A stretch of DNA of 55,774 nucleotides from positions 1 through 55,774 of the forward strand of contig ADNK01002494.1 in NCBI GenBank assembly GCA_000320545.1, written 5' to 3'. The notes under the pieces were generated by a model. It was given only the letters and a program-made list of their open reading frames with translations. It had not been told where the DNA came from and searched no databases. Each line of letters opens with the position of its first letter. Within the stretch, counting starts at the first letter, position 1. Positions 35,923 through 46,143 of the stretch are shown here, piece by piece. This DNA comes from Bigelowiella natans CCMP2755. Lineage: Eukaryota > Protista > Cercozoa. The translations under genes were made by a program, and so were the position numbers.

Positions 35923-38900
35923 TCATCGCTTTCGGAACTTCACCAACCACCAGGTAATAGATTCCTCTCTAACCTTATCTCCTTTGTCGCTTACCCAGAA
36001 CTCACCTTCGTCCTTAGGTTCGTGTCCATACCAGCCCTCTGCATCAAGGTCCCCCAGGACCTTATACCAGTGCTCAAAGGGTAAGTCGGGAACAGCTAGG
36101 TAGAGTAGCTGATATTTTCCGTCCTTTATTTTCATAGCTACCCTCTCCATATTTCGTAATCCAGGGTAGCCTAGATAGACAATCTTCATGCGCCAATCGT
36201 CGTTCACCCTGACCTTATTGTTTCCATATTCCACATCGAACTTAGGTCGGGGTCCTAAACAAGGCATTGCTCGCTCCCACACAGTAGGGTTTACTTTAAC
36301 ATCCTCTAGGAGCTTCTCACCGATATCATAATTCTTTAGGTGACTGATGTGGCGCAAGGTGACCCTGTTCCCATCATAGATGTAGTACTGCTTCCTCCCC
36401 TTCCTCTCGGTAACCTTTGCAACGCCACCCCAGAAGGGGTCTTGTTTATTTCTCGATCTCAGATTTACCTTGGCCCTAACATACTGTCCTTCCTTTAGAA
36501 CTCGGCCATCGTACGGGACCTTCTCGTCTTCGCTCTCGGTATCGTCGTCGTTGTCGTCGCCTTCTTCCCTCTCCTTATCCTTGATACCTCCCCCAGACGT
36601 GAAGGTGTCGTTTACTAACCCTTGTATCTTGTCTGGTGTGGTGCTATTTATCCTGCTTAGGTTGGCCAAGGTGCGGTGGAGTCGCTCTACCTTGGAGTTG
36701 GACTGGGCATAGTATACAGGTGAGGCATCAATATTAGGGTGTGGTAGCTGTAGAAGAGAGGTCTCATTATCCACATGTAACTTCTTTGGTATCTTGTTTA
36801 TGCTAACTTCATCAGGGATAGCCTGGAGCTCAGACTCCCAGGTACGGTAGCAGTTAGTAAGCCTCTGCTTATATAAGCCTTTGTTCTTCTTAGCAACGTT
36901 GACCTTGATAATCTTTTTAACCCAGCACTTTCCAGTGGCCACATCAACGAAGGTAAGGTAGTGATAGCCATCGTACTTATAAACATCAATTTGCACGATA
37001 TCTAAGAAGTTCCTTGCTTTGATTTTCTTAGATGCACGGCTCTTGCTGGACTCCTTGGTGGCGACGCCTGCCGCCTTCAAGCTGGAGCACCTGCAGCCAC
37101 GCAGGTATGTCCTTATCTCTTTTAGCTTGTAGGGCCAGTAGTAATGGTAGAGTAGAGCAGTGATATGGTTTTCTCCTACGTGTGCAGGTCCATGGGCGGT
37201 AAAGAGAAGGGCTCCCCTGGTCCGCCGTGGCACGTAGGTACGCCTAACATTATTAGTGTATACATATATCCTATCACTAAGTACCTCATGCTTGTGTTTG
37301 TATTTATCCAGGTGTTCTTGAAGGTGCTGGAGCTCCTCTGGCTCAGGCAGGAAGTCGCCGTCCTCGAAGGTAATCGCGTTAACCATAGGGGTGACCTGGG
37401 TAGGGACTTTCTTTTCGAACAGCCTGCTGAAATAGTCAGCAAGCTGCTTGTCTCCTGGTGCGTAGACCACTGTCCTCTTGTCCCTAAACTCTTCCGTGTC
37501 CGCCCTCATAGCTGCATACTCATCGTTAGGCGCTTCGAGCTTGCGGTCGATGCCTAGGAGGGGCTTGTGGTCAGTCATTAAGGTGAAGCTGGGCACCGAC
37601 AGCAGGTAGTATCTTAGTTTCCTCTGCGCCTCAGTCATGGCTTTATACTCTCCTTTTGTAGGGCTGTACTTGGCCTCAGCTGCTGTGCAGGCCCTGCCCC
37701 ACACCCGTATGATCTGCTGGTCTTGGGTAAGTACAGCAGCCATACCTAGCTTAGACCAGTCTGTCCATAGGGTAGCTGGTCTAGTAGTGTCTAGCTTAGC
37801 ATTCAATAGGGTGTTGCTGCATAACTTTATTAGGTTATCGAAGTGGGCATCAAGGCCAGCCTTGGCCCACACCTTAGCGAAGCTGAGGCCTACAGAGTTC
37901 TCCTTCCGGTAAGCAGTAGTAAAAGCAGCTGCAGTCCTAGCGTAGGTAGGGGAGAACCTACGTAGTATCCAAGCTGCAGTCTGCAAGAATGACTTTAACT
38001 CCTTTGCATTCTTAGGTTTAGGGGCTTGCTGTAGTGCTGCTACTTTCTCGGGGTTTGGGGTGATGCGGCCTTGCTCCAGGTAATATCCACACCACTTGAT
38101 TCTTGTAGCTAGGAATGTACACTTCTGCAGTCTAATAGTAAAACCGAAGTGTGCAAACCTAATAAATATATTTTCCAGGAGGAAGATCTGAGCGACGACT
38201 GTGTTGGTACATATTATGTCATCATCCACATACACAAACACAAACACCCACAACACAGACGCCATCCCATCATGTGTGTATGCCCTGTAGTTCTGACTAC
38301 TGAACGCATCCCCTGATATGCTTAGGCCGTAAGGGAATACGACGAAGTGCCACTTCCTGTGCCTGCTGGAGAACGCGGTAATGGGGCGGGAGGTTTTGTG
38401 GATGGGTGTCTGCATGTATGATTCATTTTTATCTAGGGAAGAGTAGTATTTGTATCCTATGACGTGTTCAATAACGTCATCTATCCTTGGTGTAGGTGTC
38501 TGGATCCTCTTTATTACTCGGTTGTGGCGGATGAAGTTGTGCGCCAGGCGGAAGAAAGGGTAAGTAGGTTTCTTAGCTAGCACATGTCTCACGTTCCATG
38601 GTGAGTTGCTTGGCTCTATCTTCCCTTCCTTTGCCCATTCATTGATCTGCCACTCTATCTTTTCCCAGTCCGCTTCCGGTCGCCTATGTTCTGGGTCATT
38701 GATGATGCACTCTTCGTATCCCTTCTTTAGCTCGATCTTTACTGGGGTAAGCTTGCTGGAGGGCTTCGTCGTCGGCTTGGTGATGTCAGAGTACTTCTCG
38801 TTTAATATTTTATTAATGTACTTTTTGCCTTTGTCGATATCCCAATCATCAGCTGGGGGGGTCTTGTCCAGTAGCTCCGTTATCTGTCGGATGGTCTTGC

Positions 38901-40896
38901 CGGGGTTCTTCTTCCGTAGCTCGGTAGGTGTAGGTAGCTTGTTGTCCGCTAGGTCCATAAACTCTAACGCATTAACGCTTGACTCAGAGGTCCACTCGTC
39001 AAGCCGTATCATGTTCTGGCTGATGGTCCTGCCTGACTTCTTTGGCAACTTAGCAAAGTATATCTTGTGATTGTAGAATGATATGATCCCCCCTAATTTT
39101 TCTAGGGCATCCTGTCCGAGGAGTAGTTCCATGGATAAAGTCATGGCTACTCGGGTCTTGATTTGGGTCTCCGCGTCGCTGCCAGGTATCTGTAGCTTTA
39201 GCATTAGCTCACCGACGGTCTTCATGGAAGAGCTTCCGTCTGCTTGAGCATATTTACGTTCTTTCTTAGTCACTTGATCCAATAGTCCTAACCTTCTTAC
39301 TGTGCTTAGGCTTATGAAGGACTTCGGCATGCTGCCACTATCCCAAAGGGCAGGTAGTTTCTTGTAGTCTCCGTAGCTGTCTTTAACTTTAACCTTGGTC
39401 ATAGCAACTTTGATAGTCCTGTTAGCGTCTTCGTCATTAATGTTGCATACTCCTAAGTTCTTTATGTCGTCTAGGGTCATGGGCTTGTCTTGGTCCTGCG
39501 TTGCTGGTACTGCTGTCTTCGTCGGCGCCTGCTTAAGGTGATCTAATATTCCGTTTATCTGCTGCTGTATAGCATTGATACTGTTCTGCTTTTTGTTCTT
39601 ATATTTATTGTTCTTCCCGTTGTTGCTGCCTTGCCATTTGCTGTTGTTATATCCTTGTCCTCTGCCTTTCTTTCTCTTTAACTTCTCGTAGTGTTCGTTG
39701 AGCTGCCTGATCGTCATCCTGGGTCGTCCTTCTTTCCTGTCTCTGCAGTCTTTAGCGGTGTGTTTCCCTTTACGTGAGCAGTATCCGCAACGTCGGTTAC
39801 CTTCCCTGTCCTTGTACCAGTCTCGCTGCGGCTTAATAGCGTTAATGTTTCCTATGCCAGGTACCTTAGGGCTGGTAAACTTGCGGTCCTGCTCCTGCTC
39901 GCGTAGGGATATAGCCTGCACTGCTGCCTCCATCGTGGTGTAGCCTTTCTCCGTAACGTAAGTGGATTCCTTTATCTTTAACTTGAACTCTTCAAACCTT
40001 GCCTGATCATCACCTGTGTTGTAATTAAAATCATGTAGTTCGTCGATCATATCCTGGAAGCGCGTGGCAAAGTCTCTAACAGGTTCTCTCTCATGCTGCA
40101 TCATTGCTCTGTATTTTCTAATAGCCTGGGGTAGGGAGTTAGCATCCTGTTCATTTACAAAAGCCTTCATTATCGCCTCAACGTCTCGTAGCCCACTAAC
40201 TGTAGTGTGTATTTTCTCTAGCTGCCTGATCCGGGTCCTGCCTGTCTCGTAAAGGTCCATGGCTTGCTTTATTATAGCTAGCCATTTGAGCTTGTCGTTT
40301 TCGGTGGGGTTAGGGGTAAAGTCGCAGAGTATACTCCTAGCGTTCTTCCACCACCTCCTTGCCTCACCTCTTTTCCCGTTGTATTTCGTTATCATAACCG
40401 GTGCTGTTTTAACAGACATGAACTGGGTGTTCCGCTGTACCGGCTGCTGCTGCTTGACGGTGCTCTGGGTCGTCCCCCGCGAGGCGCCCAGACCCCCGTC
40501 GTTCCTAAACAAAGCTGCCCACTCTGGAGGTAAGTCTGCTTCGTAATCCATGATGTCCTGCATGATAGCTGCCCAAACATCATGTGTCTGATACTTGTAT
40601 TCTATCGATACTTTCAGTTTGGCGTAGTTGCTCGCCCTGGGTCGCAAGGCTCGTAATGCCATTACGACCTTCTTGCTTTCGGCGGCCACGTCCTCGTCGT
40701 CCGCCTCGTAGAAGTTCTCCAGTGCCTCTGCTGCTGCATCTGCTTTCTTAATCCCGGGTGCTGGTCCCGGCGGTGCCTGTGGAGGTGTTCCTCCTCCTTC
40801 CTTAGCGTCCGTATCGCCCTTCCTTTCCTGTTTCTGCTCGTGCCCTTGCACGGCCTGCGAGCCAAAGTCCTGCTGTTCTTCTAGCTGCTGTGACAT
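35923..40896 (-). CDS. Gag-Pol polyprotein (1657 aa): Gag with Zn knuckle, aspartic protease, RT, RNase H, integrase, SH3/GPY-F-like module, C-terminal Dam/DIRS-MTase-like domain
   Basis: CGYCSRKGKHTAKDC; ALWDSGS; SPWN, YSSLD, PYGL, YVDD; TDWS..E..TDHKPL..ADYFSR; HGPAH..CRC; QID..VDNE..KVERLHR. Confidence 0.96.
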   Translation of the reverse strand: MSQQLEEQQDFGSQAVQGHEQKQERKGDTDAKEGGGTPPQAPPGPAPGIKKADAAAEALENFYEADDEDVAAESKKVVMALRALRPRASNYAKLKVSIEYKYQTHDVWAAIMQDIMDYEADLPPEWAALFRNDGGLGASRGTTQSTVKQQQPVQRNTQFMSVKTAPVMITKYNGKRGEARRWWKNARSILCDFTPNPTENDKLKWLAIIKQAMDLYETGRTRIRQLEKIHTTVSGLRDVEAIMKAFVNEQDANSLPQAIRKYRAMMQHEREPVRDFATRFQDMIDELHDFNYNTGDDQARFEEFKLKIKESTYVTEKGYTTMEAAVQAISLREQEQDRKFTSPKVPGIGNINAIKPQRDWYKDREGNRRCGYCSRKGKHTAKDCRDRKEGRPRMTIRQLNEHYEKLKRKKGRGQGYNNSKWQGSNNGKNNKYKNKKQNSINAIQQQINGILDHLKQAPTKTAVPATQDQDKPMTLDDIKNLGVCNINDEDANRTIKVAMTKVKVKDSYGDYKKLPALWDSGSMPKSFISLSTVRRLGLLDQVTKKERKYAQADGSSSMKTVGELMLKLQIPGSDAETQIKTRVAMTLSMELLLGQDALEKLGGIISFYNHKIYFAKLPKKSGRTISQNMIRLDEWTSESSVNALEFMDLADNKLPTPTELRKKNPGKTIRQITELLDKTPPADDWDIDKGKKYINKILNEKYSDITKPTTKPSSKLTPVKIELKKGYEECIINDPEHRRPEADWEKIEWQINEWAKEGKIEPSNSPWNVRHVLAKKPTYPFFRLAHNFIRHNRVIKRIQTPTPRIDDVIEHVIGYKYYSSLDKNESYMQTPIHKTSRPITAFSSRHRKWHFVVFPYGLSISGDAFSSQNYRAYTHDGMASVLWVFVFVYVDDDIICTNTVVAQIFLLENIFIRFAHFGFTIRLQKCTFLATRIKWCGYYLEQGRITPNPEKVAALQQAPKPKNAKELKSFLQTAAWILRRFSPTYARTAAAFTTAYRKENSVGLSFAKVWAKAGLDAHFDNLIKLCSNTLLNAKLDTTRPATLWTDWSKLGMAAVLTQDQQIIRVWGRACTAAEAKYSPTKGEYKAMTEAQRKLRYYLLSVPSFTLMTDHKPLLGIDRKLEAPNDEYAAMRADTEEFRDKRTVVYAPGDKQLADYFSRLFEKKVPTQVTPMVNAITFEDGDFLPEPEELQHLQEHLDKYKHKHEVLSDRIYVYTNNVRRTYVPRRTRGALLFTAHGPAHVGENHITALLYHYYWPYKLKEIRTYLRGCRCSSLKAAGVATKESSKSRASKKIKARNFLDIVQIDVYKYDGYHYLTFVDVATGKCWVKKIIKVNVAKKNKGLYKQRLTNCYRTWESELQAIPDEVSINKIPKKLHVDNETSLLQLPHPNIDASPVYYAQSNSKVERLHRTLANLSRINSTTPDKIQGLVNDTFTSGGGIKDKEREEGDDNDDDTESEDEKVPYDGRVLKEGQYVRAKVNLRSRNKQDPFWGGVAKVTERKGRKQYYIYDGNRVTLRHISHLKNYDIGEKLLEDVKVNPTVWERAMPCLGPRPKFDVEYGNNKVRVNDDWRMKIVYLGYPGLRNMERVAMKIKDGKYQLLYLAVPDLPFEHWYKVLGDLDAEGWYGHEPKDEGEFWVSDKGDKVREESITWWLVKFRKR

Positions 40897-40907
40897 TGTT
40901 AGTCAAA

Positions 40908-40930
40908 TCGTTTCCCGTGTGTGGAAGCCA
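40908..40930 (-). promoter_or_regulatory. Primer-binding site (TGGCTTCCACACACGGGAAACGA), 5 nt from the 5' LTR; resembles the complement of a tRNA-Glu/Asp 3' end
   Basis: The complement reads TCGTTTCCCGTGTGTGGAAG-CCA, i.e. a T-arm/acceptor-like 3' end with CCA. The tRNA identity is inferred. Confidence 0.7.
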
Positions 40931-40935
40931 AAGGT

Positions 40936-41261
40936 TGTTGCGCGTAAGGTGTTCACAGGCCGAGGCGCTACGTGCACAAGTAGGCAGGGGGGGGGAAAGG
41001 CACGTTTGCTTCCTTTTGAAGAGTTGTGTTTATTTTTATTAAAGATTATATTTTTATTAAATCGTGCACTGCGTAATCATTCGCGAAGCTTTCGCGAATG
41101 CCGCCGCACGTGGGGCAGCACACTTCCGGTGTGCTGCCATGAGTCCCGCCGGAACCCACGTGCCTATGCTGTATTAATATCTACGTTATCTATATTCTAT
41201 ATCCGCGACAACCCCTTTGTTGTCGCACGTGACTTGTGCCCGCGTAGTGGTACGCGCTACA
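40936..41261 (-). repeat. 5' LTR (326 bp)
   Basis: Identical to 35546-35871. Contains AATAAA motifs on the element strand and several hairpins. Confidence 0.97.
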
Positions 41262-42025
41262 TGAGCTCTGGAGCTTGTTCTGGTGTTGCTGGCTCACGTG
41301 GACAAGTTCAGCTGTCTGTTGGGTTCGGGCTGAACGTCATTGCAATTGTCGAGATGCAATTCTGGAATTGTTGACGTCAACATTGAGGAAGTTGGAGAAG
41401 GTCCAAACGTGCAAAGATTTGGAGACGTTCAGAGGCACATCACTTTGAAGCATCTGCATGGACGTTCACTGCAGATTCACTCACCACCTTGTGCAAAAAA
41501 TCATTTTAAAACTTCCCGACAGGCAATGTGCAATGAGTGCTTTTCACAATGCTAGAACGAATGGCTGCACGTAGTTTTGAAGCACCAGAGCACGACACCT
41601 GTGCGCAAACTTCTAGATTTGACCGTCACGTGCAGCATTTGTGCATGCGATGAGATCTTTGCCATCACGCTGCTGTGGACGTGCGTGGAGCTAGGGAGCC
41701 CAGCTTGCCAGACTAGAGACAGCAGAGCCGAGGGTGGGCCATGCATGGACAAGCTTTGCATCGGTCACAGTTGCGTGCAATTCACACCAGCATGCTAGCA
41801 TGCAGAAGTGAAGAATGCTAGAATGTGAGACCTAGCTAGCTAGCTAGCTAAAGACTCACACCTCCGACTGATCAATTGCACGTGATCACGTGCTAGCTAG
41901 CTAGCGTGATCCTTGTGCGTGGCACACGTGAAAAAAAACTTTTGTGCATGAAGTGGTTCACGATGTGCGCAACTAATCCCAGAGCTAGCAAACAAACACA
42001 TGTACATGCATGCACACTAGCTACC

Positions 42026-42063
<38 letters not shown>

Positions 42064-42200
42064 ATGCACATGCACACACTGGTAAGCTGGCATAGCTAGA
42101 TAGCTAGACAGTGCAAATAGATACACGTGCTAGCATGTAGACGTTGCGCACAGCATTTTTGTTGCATGTAGAACATCAACTTCTAGCTAGACTTCTAGAC
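41262..42200. other. TpA-depleted, CTAG-retaining tract, continuous with 34950-35545 before the insertion
   Basis: Manual count for 41262-41940: 16 TA, 13 in CTAG. (CTAG)n runs near 41832 and 41893. Confidence 0.9.
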
Positions 42201-42289
42201 TTGTTGGTGTTGATAAAAATGTAAATCATTTAACTATCCTCTAACATCGACGAATTTAATTGTTCTACTATCTTCTATCATCAACGAAT

Positions 42290-44377
42290 TTAATTGCTGC
42301 CCATTCCCTCATTTTCGTCCTCCTCCATCAGTGACACGAACTTCAATATTGCCTCCTGGTGTGTGTTTTCAAGGAGCAGGGTGCTTATCAGTCTATGTTA
42401 CTAGCAAACATGAAAATACTTGAGCAGTTCTGCTCGCTACGAAAGTAATACATTGACCTTTCGTTCAATTTCACCTCTCATTGTTACAACATTTCTCATT
42501 ACATAGTGTAACGTAAAGTATTTTTACATATATACTTGCAAATACAATGCTACATCGTGTCATTGCAACACCAACCTCTGCTCGTCTCCTCCGCTCAGCA
42601 TCCGGTAATGAAGATGCTATGTCTAAATTGGTAATAGAATTCAATATTCATTGTATTCACTCTGTGCATGTATGAGATATGCACATGTTACATGCTGGCA
42701 CATGAAGTTCTAACATACAATAAGGCAAATGGCCTTTCGCATGGACGATAGCTATGAGAAATGAAGGGGAGCCATCCCCTGCTTCAGTCGGTCTCTGAAC
42801 CCTACAAGCCCATCTCTCATCTATTACCACGCGTCCGTTTTATTTCTTGAATAACCCGCTCCATCCTATCGCCATCATCCCCTACCTAAGTGTGGGATCG
42901 TCAGTGAAGCAAAAATAGCATTACAACAGCAACAATGATATGCGGTATATACGATATCATTATTCTTTCACGTAATATTTAATCGTAGGTCACCTCCTGT
43001 AGCTTTTTCAGCATCTCCTCAGCTAACCGAGTGATAATAGCAGTAGTAGTGGGAATATCGACGGAGAGAAGAGATAGACGGCGGGTGTTGCAGTGTTAGA
43101 GGGTCAGCCAGAAGAAGTGAAATCAAAGGAGAGGTTTAAAACGCATAAAGTGTAACCGTACTGAAAATTCTCAGCAAAGTTTCTTATACGAAAGTGCTTA
43201 CAACTCTCTGGTTGCACAACGAGGTTGTCATTTCCCCACCCCCACTTTCAAATTCTATATTATTTTACACTGCGGATTTTGATATCAAAATTGGCCAACG
43301 AATACTGAATTATTCTCATGTGAAGGGGTAATGTCTTCCCTTTAAACTGGCATGAATAAATATTAATTACCACCATCTACTTGTGTCGTCGTCGGCACTT
43401 GTGCTCCACCTGGATCAATCTTCTCCCCCTTTCCTTTATCTCCAAGCTTGCGCAGATTCTTAGCTTTGATATTCAGCTTGGAATGTTTTCCTATGTGCGT
43501 TGAAACACATAGTGATAAAGCTGAAGAGGATAATGAATGATGATGATGATAACGATAACGATGATAATTATGCACGAGTTCTCGTGCCACAACGAGAATT
43601 TGCTATTATCATCGTGCACATCACTAAACTCGCTTTTCTCTATTTTATCGCAACAATCATAATTTATCGTCACCATCCCGTCGACAGCAATAGAAGACAG
43701 GATATACTACGGCCACATGTACATCACAAACACGCACACCTCCTAGCAGCTTAACAGCGTAGCGTTCCTTCTTCTCATTGTACCCTGTAACACGGGCCTA
43801 AAGGGAGTGAAGAGGAATGAAAGAAAGATAGAGGAAGGGAAGGAAAGAGAAGAAAACTCATCGTTATTCATAAGAACGAAACGCTCGTGACGACTACTTT
43901 TGCACCTTTTGAGAGTTGTAGTGCGGCTTGGCCTGAAGACCATGGATCTCGACGAGATCTCCGGGAGTGAACATTGAAACCTTCGCTTTTTCTTTTTTCC
44001 CATCGCCCTGTTCTTTGGTATGATGACTGCTACTGCTACTGCTACTTTTGTCATGCTCACCCATAGTGAGCTCCTGTTCTTCGTTGCAGAAGTGAGATTC
44101 ACCGCCCGGTGAGGACGCCATGAGATACATGTCCTATCGCCAAAAGACATGTCACAGCGAGTGGGGAGGGGAAGGAAAGGAGGTTGTAAGGAATGGGTGA
44201 AGGCATTTTAGTGTTGGAAGCTTACCTCCCAAGGAACACAAGAAAGCGCCTCGGCGACACGTGCAACGCCAAATTTTTCTACGTAAACATAGGTTACCAC
44301 GAAGAGGAGGAGGAGGAGGAGAAGAAGAAGAAGGGGGAAGGCAAAGAACGTGATGGTGACGATAAATATATTTATAA

Positions 44378-44408
<31 letters not shown>

Positions 44409-45955
44409 CGTGTGTGCGTGTGGGTGTGTGTAAAACAGCGATTCATATGTCGTCATCGGGAAATATGTCGAATAAAGACACGGCTTATTTTTTTGTTGCC
44501 GTATTTGAAGCACCACGTATCTCTACATAAACTCATTAATTTGAATCTCCAAAACATGATGATGATGATGATGATGATCATTATTATAATTATTACTATA
44601 ATTGTTATCGTTCTGCTTTAACAACGCTACTAATAACAGCAGGAAACACTATGATAAAAATACAGTCACGGTCATACCGTATCTATCAATCCTCTGTGCT
44701 TCTTTTGCATCGTCGCCATTTTCCCCTCCTCCTCCTCCTCTTTCCTTCGTCGCGCCGGCCTCCTCCACAATCTCAACACCATTGTCCAAACACCAATCCT
44801 CAAGCTTGCTCCCTGTGGCCGGGGCTCTGTCGCTGCTAGAGTAGTCAGGAATGAACACAATGTTGCATTCTGTGTCTGCGATCTCAAACAACTCTTCAAG
44901 CTCCCTTGGTAGCTCTTGGCTCGGATTCTGGGTGGTAATATACGACGAAATTTCGGTGAGGGGGGAAGGGAGGGGGGGGGTCAAAATATCATTTTGTTTG
45001 CAATACAATGACAATGACGACGGTGGTTTTTTTGTCATATTGGCGATGTGTTGTTCCATAGGGAGTAACGACGGCGAAGAAGATGAATGAGAACAGATTT
45101 GTACACCAGTACGTACATTGACGATGTAGATGATCGCTTTGCAGCTGCTATCATCCTTGGAAAGGTTTTCCTTAATAGTTGAGAGGACGGGAGCGATCTC
45201 TTCTTCTTGTCCGCCGCCCCCTCCTCCTCCCGCTTCTGTCGTCATCCAGATATGCGCGGTTGCGCGATAGTATCTGGGCAACAACGAACGACGATGATGA
45301 CGACGGTGGAAAGGGCGTTGTTGAACATTATATCTACCAAAGGTGTCTAGGGATTCTACACAGACTCTAGAGCTAAGTTTTCAATGTTGTATTTTCGTTG
45401 CGAGAGGGTTTCTCGAACAACTTGCAACGACGGCGGCGGGAAACACGTAACACGCCGAGGTGAAGTCTGTCCTTTCACCGAGTAGTCAGTCGTCCAAAGA
45501 AAGTATTGGAAACCATCGTCATTCGTGTGGTTGCATTTGATAATGGTGATAATATAATGATGATAATAATTATGGCGAACTAAAACCAAATCGCAAACGA
45601 CGTAAAAAAAGTATAGACAGACTTGTTCCGTAGCTGGAGAGGTGTGTGTGAAAAGGAGGATGATGATGACGACGATGCGGAGGGCCTCGCCTTTGTATCT
45701 GCTGTGTCGGCCTTACCACCGTCGAAACACAACCTCGAGAGCTCTAACAGAGAAGGGAGAGAAGGGAGAGGAAAGGAAAGGGAGAGGAGGAAGAGAGACG
45801 CGGAAACTTATGGCACTTAAAACAACGAATGGCCGCGACGATGTGGTATCATCACTTGACTGAACGGAGATGACGACACACGCACGCACACCTGCAACAA
45901 GTCTCTGTCGCTGCTTGGAGCTGCCACCAAAGAGAAGCACCTTATTCTTCTTCAT
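42290..45955 (-). CDS. AAGAB: Alpha/gamma-adaptin-binding protein p34 (AAGAB/Irc6 family) with an inserted SH3-like module
   Basis: MKKNKVLLFGGS pseudo-GTPase start; PRYYRATAHIW; LEDWCLDNGVEIVE; FGVARVAEALSCVPW; C-terminal MERVIQEIK..ASSLPDAERRRRAE..EAILKFVSLM. Confidence 0.8.
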
Positions 45956-46143
45956 ATGTGTATTTATCGCTCCTGCCGACGACGATGATGATAATGATGA
46001 TGATAATGTCGTCGGGGCAACGCACTTCTCCTTTCCACACCCCCCTTTTACCATGGTGTGCTGATCTTCTGATTGCTGCTGCCTTAAGTCAACACTAGCA
46101 CTAGCACCACCGAAGCCTCTCCCCCCTCCCCCCCCTCGTTTTT

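Larger units (their letters stand above)
35546..41261 (-). mobile_element. Intact Ty3/gypsy LTR retrotransposon (5716 bp) with a 4-bp TSD, TGAG (35542-35545 and 41262-41265)
   Basis: Two apparently identical 326-bp LTRs with TG...CA ends and 10/11-bp terminal inverted repeats, a PBS, a PPT and a single gag-pol ORF in PR-RT-RH-IN order. Confidence 0.97.
35236..41337 (-). pseudogene. Relic ORF interrupted by the LTR element and apparently eroded by TA->CA/TG changes
   Basis: Removing the element and one TGAG copy joins 41337-41262 in frame with 35541-35236: RSARTQQTAELVHVSQQHQNKLQSSPAHARASETQWGHLNETHAKFNVQRLMFMHRHTLKLVDEAADEHVDD... It is His/Cys-rich and nearly Tyr-free. Confidence 0.4.

Noticed and set aside
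40908-40930. tRNA gene
   Set aside because: Only a 3'-end-like segment with CCA next to the LTR, i.e. a primer-binding site, with no full cloverleaf.
41100-41165. Hammerhead or HDV ribozyme in the LTR
   Set aside because: A three-way junction and ATGAGTCC..GGA are present, but the CUGANGA, GAAA and NUH cores and the HDV J4/2 arrangement are not.
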